The translations under genes and the position numbers were made by a program. Below, one piece after another: positions 48,230 to 58,400 of a DNA stretch of 64,000 nucleotides. The stretch is from Candidatus Obscuribacteraceae bacterium (GTDB lineage Bacteria > Cyanobacteriota > Vampirovibrionia > Obscuribacterales > Obscuribacteraceae), in contig JBGASG010000014.1 in the NCBI GenBank assembly GCA_044229845.1, positions 1 to 64,000 on the forward strand. Direction: 5' to 3'. The notes below the pieces were generated by a model. That model was not told the DNA's origin and did not search any database. It saw only the letters and a program-made list of their open reading frames with translations. Each line of letters opens with the position of its first letter. Positions within the stretch are counted from its first letter, which is position 1.

Positions 48230-49939
48230 GAGCTTGATCTAAAAGTCTGGTGAGGTCTAAAACTCGGACCCAATCGGGATTTGCGGGCTCTAGTAAGTGT
48301 TAAGTGCGGTGAATTTTGCAATCTGATATCGAATACGGTATCAATAGTTGAAAAACTCTTTTCCTTGAACGATCATTTGGTTGCGAAACAGAATGATCCG
48401 AGAGGAGAAGAGTTTTTCTGATGCAAAACAATATCAGATTTTTGGAGTGTCCGCAATCGGCTGGCGGTGCGTCATGAGTAGGATTTTGCCTGCCAATACC
48501 GGTCAGTTGTGCCTGGTTCCAAGTGACGCTGGATGTTGGTTGCCCGAAGCTCATCCAGTCCGAGTTTTCAATGACATGGTCGAAAGAGTTCTCGAACTCG
48601 CGAAGTTCATTGAGCATCCGCTCACTACAGAAAAGCATGGAAGGCCGGGTTACGATCCGGTCATGTTGCTTAAGCTGGTGCTTTATGGCTACATGGTTGG
48701 ATTGCATTCAAGCCGCGAGATGGCGGCCGCTTGCGTGGAGCGAATCGACTTTCGATTTCTAACCGGAGGATTGACACCAAGCTTCAGTACGATAACCAAG
48801 TTTCGGGCAGATCGGGCGGAAGCTTTAGCTGGATTGTTTTCGCAGTCGATATCGATGGCTCTGAATGACGAACTAGTCGAGATGCGAGACGTCGCCTTCG
48901 ACGGGACGAAGATTCTCGCAAACGCCTCCAAGCATAAAGCCATGAGCTATGAGCGTATGTGCGGAAATGCGAAGCGGTATCACGAAGAAATCGAAGCGCT
49001 AAAAAAGGAACGGCGAGCGGCTACAGTCCGACGCAAGAAGGAGATCGAAGTGGAGATTGCGTTCAAGCGCGAACGTTTGGCAAACGTTCAAGAGCAAAAA
49101 TTTGCTCTCGAAGATCAGCATATGGCGCATAGCGGAGAGTTACCCCAGGCGAAAGACCAGCGAAACTTTACCGATCCCGAATCGAGAATAATGAAGAGGG
49201 GCACCGCATTTGAACAGTGCTACAACGCGCAAGCAGCAGTTGACAAAAGTAATCAGATTATCCTGGCGGCGTATGTGACGCAAGCTAGCAACGATAAACA
49301 GCAGCTGGAACCTTTGGTCGAATGTCAGACAGCACAGGTTGGCCTTTTGCCGGATCGTGGGCTGGCGGACGCAGGCTACTTCAGCGACATGGTCGCCGCA
49401 TCGCTAAAGCAGCGGTATGGATCAACTCAATGGCTCATCTCCCCTGGACGCCTTGCACATGGCTCAAACTCTGGCGCCTCGCCACGAGGACGCATTCCGC
49501 GAGACATCTCGCTTGCGGATTTGATGCGAAGAAAACTAGCGACAAAAGCCGGCAAGGCGGCTTACGCCCAACGCAAAGCAATCGTCGAACCGGCATTCGG
49601 ACAGATTAAAGAAGCGAGCCTGGAGTTCCGTCGATTCTCATTTCGTGGTCTGAAAAGAGTTCAAGATGAATGGCTCCTTGTCTGCGCTGCTCACAATCTA
49701 TTGAAGGTGATCCGCCACCGCCAGCGCGTTTCCTCTTACGTCTTAGAAAGAACCGCAGCGTAAGAAAATCCTTCGACTCCCAGCAACAAGCTCTTTCAGG
49801 GCTGTCGTTCATGCTGCGCAGTTGGCGCCGAGCCAGCAAGATGAACACCACCACATCCATGCTGGACACCACCCCGCCGACACCGCGCTTCAGAGGACCT
49901 CATGAAAACACTGATGACCGAGGGTTTTGACTCAAGCTC
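48230..49939 (+). mobile_element. IS1182-family insertion sequence, 1710 bp, CTAG target duplication
   Basis: Terminal IRs GAGCTTGATCTAAAA (48230-48244) and reverse complement GAGCTTGAGTCAAAA (49925-49939) match 12/15; CTAG at 48226-48229 and 49940-49943. Confidence 0.88.
48474..49763 (+). CDS. IS1182-family DDE transposase
   Basis: GRPGYDPVMLLK...YGY...SSR, FDGTKILANASK, TDPESRIM, YNAQ, LADAGY, RKAIVEPAFGQIK and AHNL. Confidence 0.92.
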   Translation: MSRILPANTGQLCLVPSDAGCWLPEAHPVRVFNDMVERVLELAKFIEHPLTTEKHGRPGYDPVMLLKLVLYGYMVGLHSSREMAAACVERIDFRFLTGGLTPSFSTITKFRADRAEALAGLFSQSISMALNDELVEMRDVAFDGTKILANASKHKAMSYERMCGNAKRYHEEIEALKKERRAATVRRKKEIEVEIAFKRERLANVQEQKFALEDQHMAHSGELPQAKDQRNFTDPESRIMKRGTAFEQCYNAQAAVDKSNQIILAAYVTQASNDKQQLEPLVECQTAQVGLLPDRGLADAGYFSDMVAASLKQRYGSTQWLISPGRLAHGSNSGASPRGRIPRDISLADLMRRKLATKAGKAAYAQRKAIVEPAFGQIKEASLEFRRFSFRGLKRVQDEWLLVCAAHNLLKVIRHRQRVSSYVLERTAA

Positions 49940-49944
49940 CTAGG

Positions 49945-51837
49945 CTATGAACTGGAGATCGTTAGGACCGATTCGGGTGGAGCGCAAAATTGTGTTGGAA
50001 CGAGTCTCTCTGCCGGATAAATGAACTCACTTCGATGCAAGATGCCGTTGCAGATTGTGTCCAACGCAGGACACTTGTCTCCCACTAGGTCTTCCAGAGC
50101 GTCTACGCTTACGCCCATGAACGGCCAGCCTTCGCGCGCGAAACTGTGCTCGATAGGAATACAGCGGCGCATATTGTAATGGTACGCATACATGAGGGCT
50201 CGCCTGGTCAACTCCCGGTTCATGCGAAACTCGGGGAAAGGTAACTTATCCAGAATGACGCGATATTCAGCCTCCGAATTTGCTTCGTAAGCAAATCCCT
50301 TGTTCCGTATCCAGGCTTGTCCAGTAACAATAATCGGAATTCCGCGAGCTGCCAGTTCCATTGCCATTGTGCTTCCATACACAATCACTGCCTGACACTG
50401 CTCCATGACGATGTAAGTATTAGCATTGCTTTCCGGAGGGATTACGAACACGTTCGGCGGCAAGACAGGGAAGGCGGCACTAATTACGTCCAGAGCGCGT
50501 TCCCTCGATTTGTTGGTGAACTTAACCTCCGCCGGATGTACGCGGACAACCAGCTGCAGATCAGGTCTCGTGCCAAAGTAAGTGATCGTATTCAACAACC
50601 AGTCGACCATACTGCAGAAAGAATTTGCTGCATAACACACCGCACCATCCCAGATGACATTGGTGCAAAGTCCTACTGTCGGCTTGCTGAAATCAATCTG
50701 TAATGTCTGCGAGAGGACGCTTAAGTCGCGTTGAGAGTCTCTCTGAAAAGGCATAATCCAGTCTTTGCTTCCGCTACCGGCCCTACTTTCCAAATAGTCG
50801 ACTATTTCCCGTTCCATCCAATCGTGCCACTCCATGTTTTCCCACAAGGAGTTCGGCTCATCGATTCCGGTGAACACTTCTGATTTATCGTGGCTAAATA
50901 CCGCGCACTGAGTGCGGTAGCTGAACGACCACGACACCAACCGCCTGTTCTGCTTGCTAGCGGCATCCGCCAATGTTCCATGTGGTACGTAAATTCCGTG
51001 ATTGATCACAAGGCATTCGACTTCTATCGCGGAATATAACCTTTGCGCCACCATCACCGACAGAATGGCTGCTTCCAGATACCGCCTGACAACCGCCTCG
51101 GCGGCTGGCTCGCCATCGAAGCTACCGCGCACGAGAAAACGCAAACACGCAGCTTTTACCTGCACACCTACTTCGATTCCCTCGTAAACATAGGAAGTCA
51201 ATTCGTCCGCAGGAATCGACCCCGCAAGCGTTGAGGCGACGGTTTTGTCTTCTACTGTCAGGTAGTCCGAGAATTTATGCAGTGTTACGCCTGGAATATC
51301 AAAGGCGAGCGTACCACTCTGAACGCAGCCTTCACAGAATTTGCGCTGCAGAGCACCGTCCAAGAACTCTTCGATGCTCGCAAACTCATCCCGAGTAATT
51401 TGCAGGCAAGCTGGCAAAACTCCATCGCAGAGCAGTACATGCACTTCCGCGCCTCGCATCTTTAAAGCTGCCGCCAACAGGCTCTCAATCGGCGTACATG
51501 CATCGTGGCCACCAGCTACGGTGGCAACTAGAATCTTTTTTCCCTTCGCAGGGCCCTCTCGGTGCTCCCATCTGTCTCCGTATTCTTCGACGAGCTTTCG
51601 CCAGTTCGGCAACCAATTCGGATGCGTACTAACTGGTGGCGGGCTCACAGAGGTCTCGTCAGAAGGTGAAGCTGTTTGTGGTTCAGTTACGGTCACGAAG
51701 CGGTGCGACTCAGGCGTCGAGTCTGCCTGATAGCTTACCGTGTTCACGTGCGAGTCTGCGGGCTGCCGAGACAGTCCGACTGATCGCAGTAGACGTTTGA
51801 CGATTGCACGCAAATGCATGGTGCCGATTATCGCCAA
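49945..51837 (-). CDS. Capsule-biosynthesis-family protein (KpsS/KpsC-like GT-B; candidate nonulosonate transferase)
   Basis: NHGIYVPHG, TNVIWDG, VRVHPAE and YGSTMAMELAARGIPIIVTG; adjacent to neuA. Substrate inferred. Confidence 0.7.
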   Translation of the reverse strand: MAIIGTMHLRAIVKRLLRSVGLSRQPADSHVNTVSYQADSTPESHRFVTVTEPQTASPSDETSVSPPPVSTHPNWLPNWRKLVEEYGDRWEHREGPAKGKKILVATVAGGHDACTPIESLLAAALKMRGAEVHVLLCDGVLPACLQITRDEFASIEEFLDGALQRKFCEGCVQSGTLAFDIPGVTLHKFSDYLTVEDKTVASTLAGSIPADELTSYVYEGIEVGVQVKAACLRFLVRGSFDGEPAAEAVVRRYLEAAILSVMVAQRLYSAIEVECLVINHGIYVPHGTLADAASKQNRRLVSWSFSYRTQCAVFSHDKSEVFTGIDEPNSLWENMEWHDWMEREIVDYLESRAGSGSKDWIMPFQRDSQRDLSVLSQTLQIDFSKPTVGLCTNVIWDGAVCYAANSFCSMVDWLLNTITYFGTRPDLQLVVRVHPAEVKFTNKSRERALDVISAAFPVLPPNVFVIPPESNANTYIVMEQCQAVIVYGSTMAMELAARGIPIIVTGQAWIRNKGFAYEANSEAEYRVILDKLPFPEFRMNRELTRRALMYAYHYNMRRCIPIEHSFAREGWPFMGVSVDALEDLVGDKCPALDTICNGILHRSEFIYPAERLVPTQFCAPPESVLTISSS

Positions 51838-51988
51838 CTTTGCAACTCCTCAGGTGAACCAGGTTTAAGAGATGTCACGCAGCGTCTGGCAATGAGTACG
51901 ATCAAATTAAAAGACCCTACCCGACGGGGTAACATAGGAGTTTAGGACATTTTTTGATGATACCAGACTACCGAATGGCACGCTAACA

Positions 51989-53557
51989 ATGGACAGCAGC
52001 AAGCAGCAAAACACTATAGAGGGCTTCTACAAGCACCGGGAAGCGGAGGCGGATCCACGCGCAGTTCTTAGATCCTCAGCCCTATTCTACGTCGTTCAAT
52101 CTGCAGAAGTACAAACGGACATTCTCTTGTTCAATTATTGGCTGCACAAGAGGGGTTTAAGCGGATTAGATTTGCTGGTTACTCTAAGAGACGCAAGTGG
52201 AAACACCGTGTGTACTGAAGCAAGCGTTATCGATTTCCGGGGGGCTAAAACGCTACGAATTGAGCAACTCTTGCACAAGGCGAGCCTTCCTCCGCCCTTC
52301 GAGGGGTCTATTGAGATTGAGATTCTAAGTCGGGAAGATTTGACCATTCCCTATCCGGCGGTTGTTATTCGTTATTACGGCCCAAATTGGCATAGCACCA
52401 CCCATTCATACAGTCGGGTCTTGTCCGAATTGTCCGGAGATCGTCCGGATCGAATGGCAGCCTTCCAGAAAACCAGCGAAGGAAATTGGACGATTCATGA
52501 AGATCCCGGACTGGAGAGCTTTTTTGTTATCCACAACGGGCCTACGGCGGTACCAGCCCACTCCCTATCGATGACTCTAACCAATGCTCATGGCGAGTTG
52601 CTCAAAGCGGAAGTAGCGGACGTGTCCTTGATGCCCTACGAGACCCGTGTCTTCTATCCTCACCGCCTCATGGATGTTGGAGGACATCTTGGTGGTTCGC
52701 CGGGGTGCCTGGAGGTACAGGCGGTAGTCTGTGGAGTATTCCCGCGCATGCTGAGTGGCTCGCGACGTCTCAGCGATGGTGCGCTGGTTATTGATCACTC
52801 TAACTTCAATTACACCGGTGAAGCTGGCGGATTGGACACACTCTCCACGGCCGACTCCGGGACAAAAAAACCACTGGGTTTCATCGTGCCTACAATTGCC
52901 GATCCGAATTGGCAATGCTTTACGGATTTTTATCCCACTTATCCAGATCGTGACTACCAGGCCACTCTCAGAATTCGCACAGCCGATGGAGAACAATCAG
53001 ATAAAGCTGAGATATCAATTGGGTCCCAGAAAGCCTCCGGGGTTATCAGGGTACCCGTATCGGATATGGTGGGCAAACATGGCAGCGTCGGCGCTGTTGA
53101 TTTTACTATTACTCATCAAACACGCGTTCCTACGCGCTTTCACATGGGTATCCACTATGCTCGCAAGGGCGGTTTGCCCGCTCATCTGATTGACGGACCA
53201 ATGCCTTACGTGGCTAAGGGCATCAGAAGCCGCTGGTTCCCGGTCCTTTTGGATTCGGAAACAACCACTTACCTTTTTATTTCAAATCAGATTTTTGACA
53301 CGGCCGCACCCGAAAACGTAATGTACAACGTTTGGGCTCATAACGCCCATGGCGATGCTCCGTTGACTACCGAATTTCAGCTGTTGGCTGGGGCTACCAT
53401 GGCGTGTCCAGTGGAAGATATTGTCGCAGGACTTCGCGGCTTTATGGGAGAGGAACCTGGCTGGATATTTCTTCAAGCAGACAGGCCGACACTCAGTGTA
53501 GTTCACTATATTCTTCAAAAAGGGGAGGATTCTCTTGCCGTCGACCACGCCTTCTAA
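51989..53557 (+). CDS. Hypothetical protein with four internal beta-rich repeats
   Basis: 522-aa ORF; repeated TLRDASG/TLTNAHG/RIRTADG/WAHNAHG segments; no family recognised. Confidence 0.7.
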   Translation: MDSSKQQNTIEGFYKHREAEADPRAVLRSSALFYVVQSAEVQTDILLFNYWLHKRGLSGLDLLVTLRDASGNTVCTEASVIDFRGAKTLRIEQLLHKASLPPPFEGSIEIEILSREDLTIPYPAVVIRYYGPNWHSTTHSYSRVLSELSGDRPDRMAAFQKTSEGNWTIHEDPGLESFFVIHNGPTAVPAHSLSMTLTNAHGELLKAEVADVSLMPYETRVFYPHRLMDVGGHLGGSPGCLEVQAVVCGVFPRMLSGSRRLSDGALVIDHSNFNYTGEAGGLDTLSTADSGTKKPLGFIVPTIADPNWQCFTDFYPTYPDRDYQATLRIRTADGEQSDKAEISIGSQKASGVIRVPVSDMVGKHGSVGAVDFTITHQTRVPTRFHMGIHYARKGGLPAHLIDGPMPYVAKGIRSRWFPVLLDSETTTYLFISNQIFDTAAPENVMYNVWAHNAHGDAPLTTEFQLLAGATMACPVEDIVAGLRGFMGEEPGWIFLQADRPTLSVVHYILQKGEDSLAVDHAF

Positions 53558-54224
53558 ACACGCGCGAGCTCCGGTTCCTGACGTGTTCCAGGAAGAAAAC
53601 CGTTTTTATCATCACTGCGACCCAACTCGCATCGCAAAGTTTTTGGCACATGCCAAACTGTATGAAATGAGCCTGGGACTGCCGGGTCATTTCGCTGAAG
53701 CCGGCGTGTTCAAGGGCGCTTCATTCTGCCGTTTTCGTAAGCTTGGCAAACTGTTTCACCCGGATCACACACGCCGATTCGTAGGCTTTGATGTATTCGG
53801 AAAATTCCCGGATGCCGAGTATGGTCCAGATAAGTCCGTGCTCGCAACCCAATGGGCATCAGACGGTGACACAGGTATTGGGCGGGACGCATTGTTAGAA
53901 ATCCTCCAGTCTCAAGATCTAGCCGGCAACGTCGATCTGATCGAAGGAGATATACGCAAAACTCTACCCCAATTCATTCAAGATCACGCAGAAATGAGCT
54001 TCGCCATCGTCAACATTGACCTTGATCTGTACGAGCCTACATTGGCTGCCCTGGATCATCTATTCCCGCTCGTTGTACGCGGCGGTATCGTCATTCTGGA
54101 CGACTATGAGGGATTTCCCGGCGCCAAAAAAGCAACGGAAGAGTATTTGGCGGCCCATCGGAGGCCAGAGCATATTCACAAGTTTTCCTTTGCTCATTCG
54201 CCCTGCTATTTGGTCAAGCAATAA
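53535..54224 (+). CDS. TylF/MycF-family O-methyltransferase-like protein
   Basis: PGHFAEAGVFKGAS, GFDVF, NIDLDLYEPT and GGIVILDDY. Confidence 0.85.
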   Translation: MPSTTPSKHARAPVPDVFQEENRFYHHCDPTRIAKFLAHAKLYEMSLGLPGHFAEAGVFKGASFCRFRKLGKLFHPDHTRRFVGFDVFGKFPDAEYGPDKSVLATQWASDGDTGIGRDALLEILQSQDLAGNVDLIEGDIRKTLPQFIQDHAEMSFAIVNIDLDLYEPTLAALDHLFPLVVRGGIVILDDYEGFPGAKKATEEYLAAHRRPEHIHKFSFAHSPCYLVKQ

Positions 54225-54310
54225 AAATGCGCACTGTGCAGCTTTGGCCTGAAGAATAATGTCGGAGATCTCGAAGCCTCGTTCCACAGACCCAACAATC
54301 ACCTGCCCGG

Positions 54311-55306
54311 ATGCTCTTTTTCGAGGACTCAAACGTGCTTTCCCAAATTCTGAAAGAACACCTTCCCATCGATGTCGCGAAAATGCGCAGTGCGGAGTTT
54401 ACTAAATCGCAGCTGGCAATCGAGAACGCAAAACTTGAGAGAGTCGAGAAGGGGAGCGGTTGGAAGCAGATAAGCAATTGTCCTGTTTGCGAATCTTCTG
54501 ATCACAAAGAAATCCTCGTCAAGTACGGAAGCCCTCTGGTGCAGTGCAATCGTTGTGAGCTCTGGTATCACTTGCGCGTGGCAGCAAATCCGGATGATGT
54601 CTACAAGGACGAAGCGTACGAGATATTCTCCACGGAAGAGACTTCTGAATTGTTTGAATACAAGAAGAACAGGTTCGGGCGTGAGCGGGTGTCACTTCTC
54701 GAAGAAATCTGTGGCCCGTTGCAAGACAAGAAGATTTTAGAAATCGGATGTGGCAATGGATATTTTCTGGCGGCGGCAAAGGAAGTCTGCGCGAATTGCT
54801 TTGGATCGGAATATTCGGTCAAGAACCAGCAAAAAGCGCGTCAGAACACCGGCTTGCCGATTTATACAACCCCCCTGGAAGAATTTCCGGAGCGCGATTT
54901 TGATGTTGTTGTGGCGTTTGATGTGATTGAGCATGTGCACAAGCCCCTGTCCTTCATGGAAAACATCGGGCGTCTCATGCGACCCGGTGGACACCTTCTG
55001 TTCTACACTCCTAATTACGACAGCTTCAGTATTCGTCTACTTAGAGATTTCTCTTCCTGTATCGACGTCACGGAGCACATCATCCTGTTCAATGCCGCGT
55101 CTTTAGAGTACCTTGGAAAAGTGACTGGGTTCACAACCGTCTACAGGGTAACGCGTGGACTGGACGTCAGCAATGTGAGCGCTTACCTGCAATATCAAGG
55201 ACAGCCGGCGAACCCGTTTCTTATCGATCACGGAAATGAGCTGCAGGCAATGATTGATCACGCCGGCTGTGCGGACTCCATGAGAATAATCTTTCAGAAG
55301 AATTAG
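54311..55306 (+). CDS. Class I SAM methyltransferase with N-terminal Zn-binding motif
   Basis: CPVC...CNRC, LEIGCGNG, FDVIEHV and TPN. Confidence 0.87.
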   Translation: MLFFEDSNVLSQILKEHLPIDVAKMRSAEFTKSQLAIENAKLERVEKGSGWKQISNCPVCESSDHKEILVKYGSPLVQCNRCELWYHLRVAANPDDVYKDEAYEIFSTEETSELFEYKKNRFGRERVSLLEEICGPLQDKKILEIGCGNGYFLAAAKEVCANCFGSEYSVKNQQKARQNTGLPIYTTPLEEFPERDFDVVVAFDVIEHVHKPLSFMENIGRLMRPGGHLLFYTPNYDSFSIRLLRDFSSCIDVTEHIILFNAASLEYLGKVTGFTTVYRVTRGLDVSNVSAYLQYQGQPANPFLIDHGNELQAMIDHAGCADSMRIIFQKN

Positions 55307-55453
55307 ACACAGCCCTGATGAACACTCGCTAATGTAGCGAGGGCATTGGCATCGGTGCAGATGGCACATGTCCAGCCTCTCATGAGATCAGAAAAACTCT
55401 CGTGATATCATCTTGTAATCTGGAAATGCGCCCTACGGCTGTTTGGGGACCTA

Positions 55454-56329
55454 ATGACAGTACATCTCGAGTCTCGTCCGAGCAAAGTTGCGGACAAACA
55501 AAAAGACAACGAAACTGCATACGAGCATCACTATTTGAAGCCGGGGATGTTTGGGCTCTGGTCGATGCGGCACCTGATCGCTGTCATGGTCAAGCGCGAC
55601 ATGCTTGGACGGTACAAGGGCTCCGTAGTTGGATTCTTCTGGACCATCATCAATCCTGTGGGACACTTATTGCTCTACACCTTTTTGTTTTCGATTGTTC
55701 TCAAAGTTTCGTTCAACGGCAATGCCAGCACTGGCAATTTCGCCGCTAACTTGATGACCGGGATTCTGCCCTGGACATTCCTTTCTGATTCAATAACCAG
55801 ATCTGTTACCTGTATTACAGAGCAACCAAATCTAGTCAAACGTGTTGTATTTCCCCTGGAGGTGCTGCCGCTTGCTGTGTCGATTTCGTCGCTTGTTAGT
55901 TTGGTGCTCGGGCTCTCGATTTTAGTGATCATTTTTACTGCCACCAGCCACTCACTACACTGGACCGTCTGTTTTATTCCAGTCCTTCTGGCGTCGCAAT
56001 TCTTGCTGGTCACAGGACTGGGCTGGCTGCTGTCCAGCTTGGGAGTGTACATACAGGACTTGCGCCACATGCTGACTCTTGGGTTATCTATCTGGATGTA
56101 CCTGACCCCGATTGTTTACCCGGCTGCTGCGTTGCCGAAAGAGCTACAGTTCCTCAACTGGGTTAATCCCTGTTCGGGAGTGGTGGAAGATTACCGCCGG
56201 GTGATTCTCCAGGGCGTGATGCCTGATTGGCATATGTTTGCGACCTACACCACCATTGGTGCTCTGTCCTGGTGCCTGGGCTATTACTTCTTCAACAAAA
56301 CGAAGCGCTCCTTCGCGGATGTGGTGTGA
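55454..56329 (+). CDS. wzm: Polysaccharide ABC transporter permease
   Basis: RYKGSVVGFFWTIINP, NLVKRVVFP, TPIVYP, NP and FADVV. Confidence 0.92.
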   Translation: MTVHLESRPSKVADKQKDNETAYEHHYLKPGMFGLWSMRHLIAVMVKRDMLGRYKGSVVGFFWTIINPVGHLLLYTFLFSIVLKVSFNGNASTGNFAANLMTGILPWTFLSDSITRSVTCITEQPNLVKRVVFPLEVLPLAVSISSLVSLVLGLSILVIIFTATSHSLHWTVCFIPVLLASQFLLVTGLGWLLSSLGVYIQDLRHMLTLGLSIWMYLTPIVYPAAALPKELQFLNWVNPCSGVVEDYRRVILQGVMPDWHMFATYTTIGALSWCLGYYFFNKTKRSFADVV

Positions 56330-56330
56330 G

Positions 56331-57107
56331 ATGGCACTGGTAGAACTCAAAGACGTTTCGAAACGGTACAACATCTACAACCGACCTATCGATCGGTTGA
56401 AGGAAATGGCCTGGCGTAATCGCCGCTGTTTTCACCGCGAGTACTGGGCGATTCGCGACGTAAACCTGATCGTAGAACCGGGTTGCACCACAGCCCTAAT
56501 GGGACCCAATGGAGCCGGCAAGTCGACAATTCTGCAGATAATTGCCGGCGTTGTGCAGCCCACAACCGGCACCGTCACGGTAAATGGTCGTCTGACTGCC
56601 ATTCTGGAATTGGGAGCGGGTTTTCAAATGGATTATACAGGACGTGAAAACGTCCTTGTATATGGCATGATTCTCGGCATCAGCCGGGAAGAGATGTTAG
56701 ACCGAATGGATGAGATTGCTGCGTTTGCAGAAATCGGCGATTTTTTCGATCAGCCGGTGAAGACATATTCCAGCGGCATGATTGTGAGGTTGGCTTTCGC
56801 TGCCTGTATCAATGTCGACCCTGAGATTTTGATTGTCGACGAAGCATTAGCAGTGGGCGACATGCGCTTTCAAGATAAGTGCATCAGAAAAATTCTCGCG
56901 ATGCAAGAAAGCGGTAAGACGATCATCTTCGTGCATCATAGCCCTGGCATCATCGAACAATTCTGCACGCGTGCAGTACTGATCAATGACGGGCGCATTG
57001 TGCAGCAAGGATTGGTAAAAGACATCATTCCGCTTTATGAGGAAATGATGGAAGTTGGGGAGTTGACCCCCAAGCGTTTCACGGCACCTGGGGCAGTCCT
57101 AGGCTAG
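56331..57107 (+). CDS. wzt: Polysaccharide ABC transporter ATPase without C-terminal carbohydrate-binding domain
   Basis: GPNGAGKST, LELGAGF, YSSGMIVRLAF and VDEALAVGD; ATG at 56331, just after the wzm stop. Confidence 0.92.
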   Translation: MALVELKDVSKRYNIYNRPIDRLKEMAWRNRRCFHREYWAIRDVNLIVEPGCTTALMGPNGAGKSTILQIIAGVVQPTTGTVTVNGRLTAILELGAGFQMDYTGRENVLVYGMILGISREEMLDRMDEIAAFAEIGDFFDQPVKTYSSGMIVRLAFAACINVDPEILIVDEALAVGDMRFQDKCIRKILAMQESGKTIIFVHHSPGIIEQFCTRAVLINDGRIVQQGLVKDIIPLYEEMMEVGELTPKRFTAPGAVLG

Positions 57108-57170
57108 TCAGAGCAATACTCGATGCTCGTGAGCTGAACTGGATCGATGTTAGTCGGCCGGTTTGCCTTA

Positions 57171-58400
57171 TCAAGCCTTCAAAAACATTCGTTCGAAGAG
57201 TTGTGTTACCCGCTGCACAGTGTCACGAGTGACGTGACGTCCATCAGATTCAAACGGAGTAGGGCTACAGTATGTGACTACCTCATAAGCAGGGAAGTAG
57301 GTTACTGCGTCTGCGTTGCGCCTGACGAATTCTTCAATTGCCACACGCAGCGTGCTCTTGGAATGACAATTTGCTTGCACCACATGGCACTCATCGCCAC
57401 GGAAGGTAGCGTAGAGAGGGACAGGTGAAAGAGTAACGATGAGTTTAACGTCCGGGTTGTGCGCCCGCCATATATCGAACATTCTCTGCAGCTCGGCGAC
57501 GTTTTGCTCAACGCTGAGAATTTCTTTGTAGACCAGATAAGAAGCCAGGCTTCGAGGGTAACGGGCAATCACCCAATCATCTTGCTGTAAACGCCATACT
57601 TCATTCAAGCCGACAGTCATCACGAAGACTTTCGCTTCGGTTAGGGCCTTTCTTGCTGCAGGCAAATGCTGCTGCATGGACTGTTCATATTCCTCGATTG
57701 AATCAAAAATTATTTCCTCGCGGAACGGATCCCAGTACTGCGGCTTTCCGGTCTCGGATGACTTGAATAACAGCTTCGGGCGCTGACGAATACCAAAGGC
57801 GAACTCCATCAGTTGCCTAAAGGACGGTGTATTGTAGAGGTGTCCCCATGCAGCACAAGAGTGAATGTTGGGTTCCGCGAGAATGTAATTGAATCGATTT
57901 GACTTGAGATACTGCGCAATTTCGGTAGCGAAGCAGCTGCCAGCGGAGCCAATAGGTGTTTGCTGATCGATTAATGGTTTACGATGAACCAATAAATCCT
58001 CGTCACAGAGATTACGTCCGTGAGGCTCTGGAGCACCGGGATTCGGCCAATAGACAGCTTTCCAGTTTGGCTTCAAATGAGCTTTGTATGCCGCCTCGGA
58101 ATCATCAGCGCGCAAAGAAACGAGCCGCAGGCGATTCAAGGCCGCTGAGACAGTGCCATGCGTGGTGGCATCGCTCTGCAGCAACTTCTGGAGAAGATGC
58201 TGCTCGCAGGCGATACAAATCTTGCGAAACGACTGATCGTTGTCCGAAGCCCGAAGCATCTCCAGAAGCTCAGCGGCGATAGGTCGAAAGCGTTCCTGAT
58301 TGAAGATCGAGTTGACTACCATCGCCAGAGAGCGGGTCGTCCGGATGTCCTCGTCTGTGCTTGCAACAACTACGGGTGAATTACAAACTGCTGAACTCAT
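57171..58400 (-). CDS. GSCFA-domain protein (SGNH-like)
   Basis: SAGSCFA, TVGLNEVW, TLSPVPL, SKSTLR, YFPAYE and DGRHV. Confidence 0.87.
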   Translation of the reverse strand: MSSAVCNSPVVVASTDEDIRTTRSLAMVVNSIFNQERFRPIAAELLEMLRASDNDQSFRKICIACEQHLLQKLLQSDATTHGTVSAALNRLRLVSLRADDSEAAYKAHLKPNWKAVYWPNPGAPEPHGRNLCDEDLLVHRKPLIDQQTPIGSAGSCFATEIAQYLKSNRFNYILAEPNIHSCAAWGHLYNTPSFRQLMEFAFGIRQRPKLLFKSSETGKPQYWDPFREEIIFDSIEEYEQSMQQHLPAARKALTEAKVFVMTVGLNEVWRLQQDDWVIARYPRSLASYLVYKEILSVEQNVAELQRMFDIWRAHNPDVKLIVTLSPVPLYATFRGDECHVVQANCHSKSTLRVAIEEFVRRNADAVTYFPAYEVVTYCSPTPFESDGRHVTRDTVQRVTQLFERMFLKA

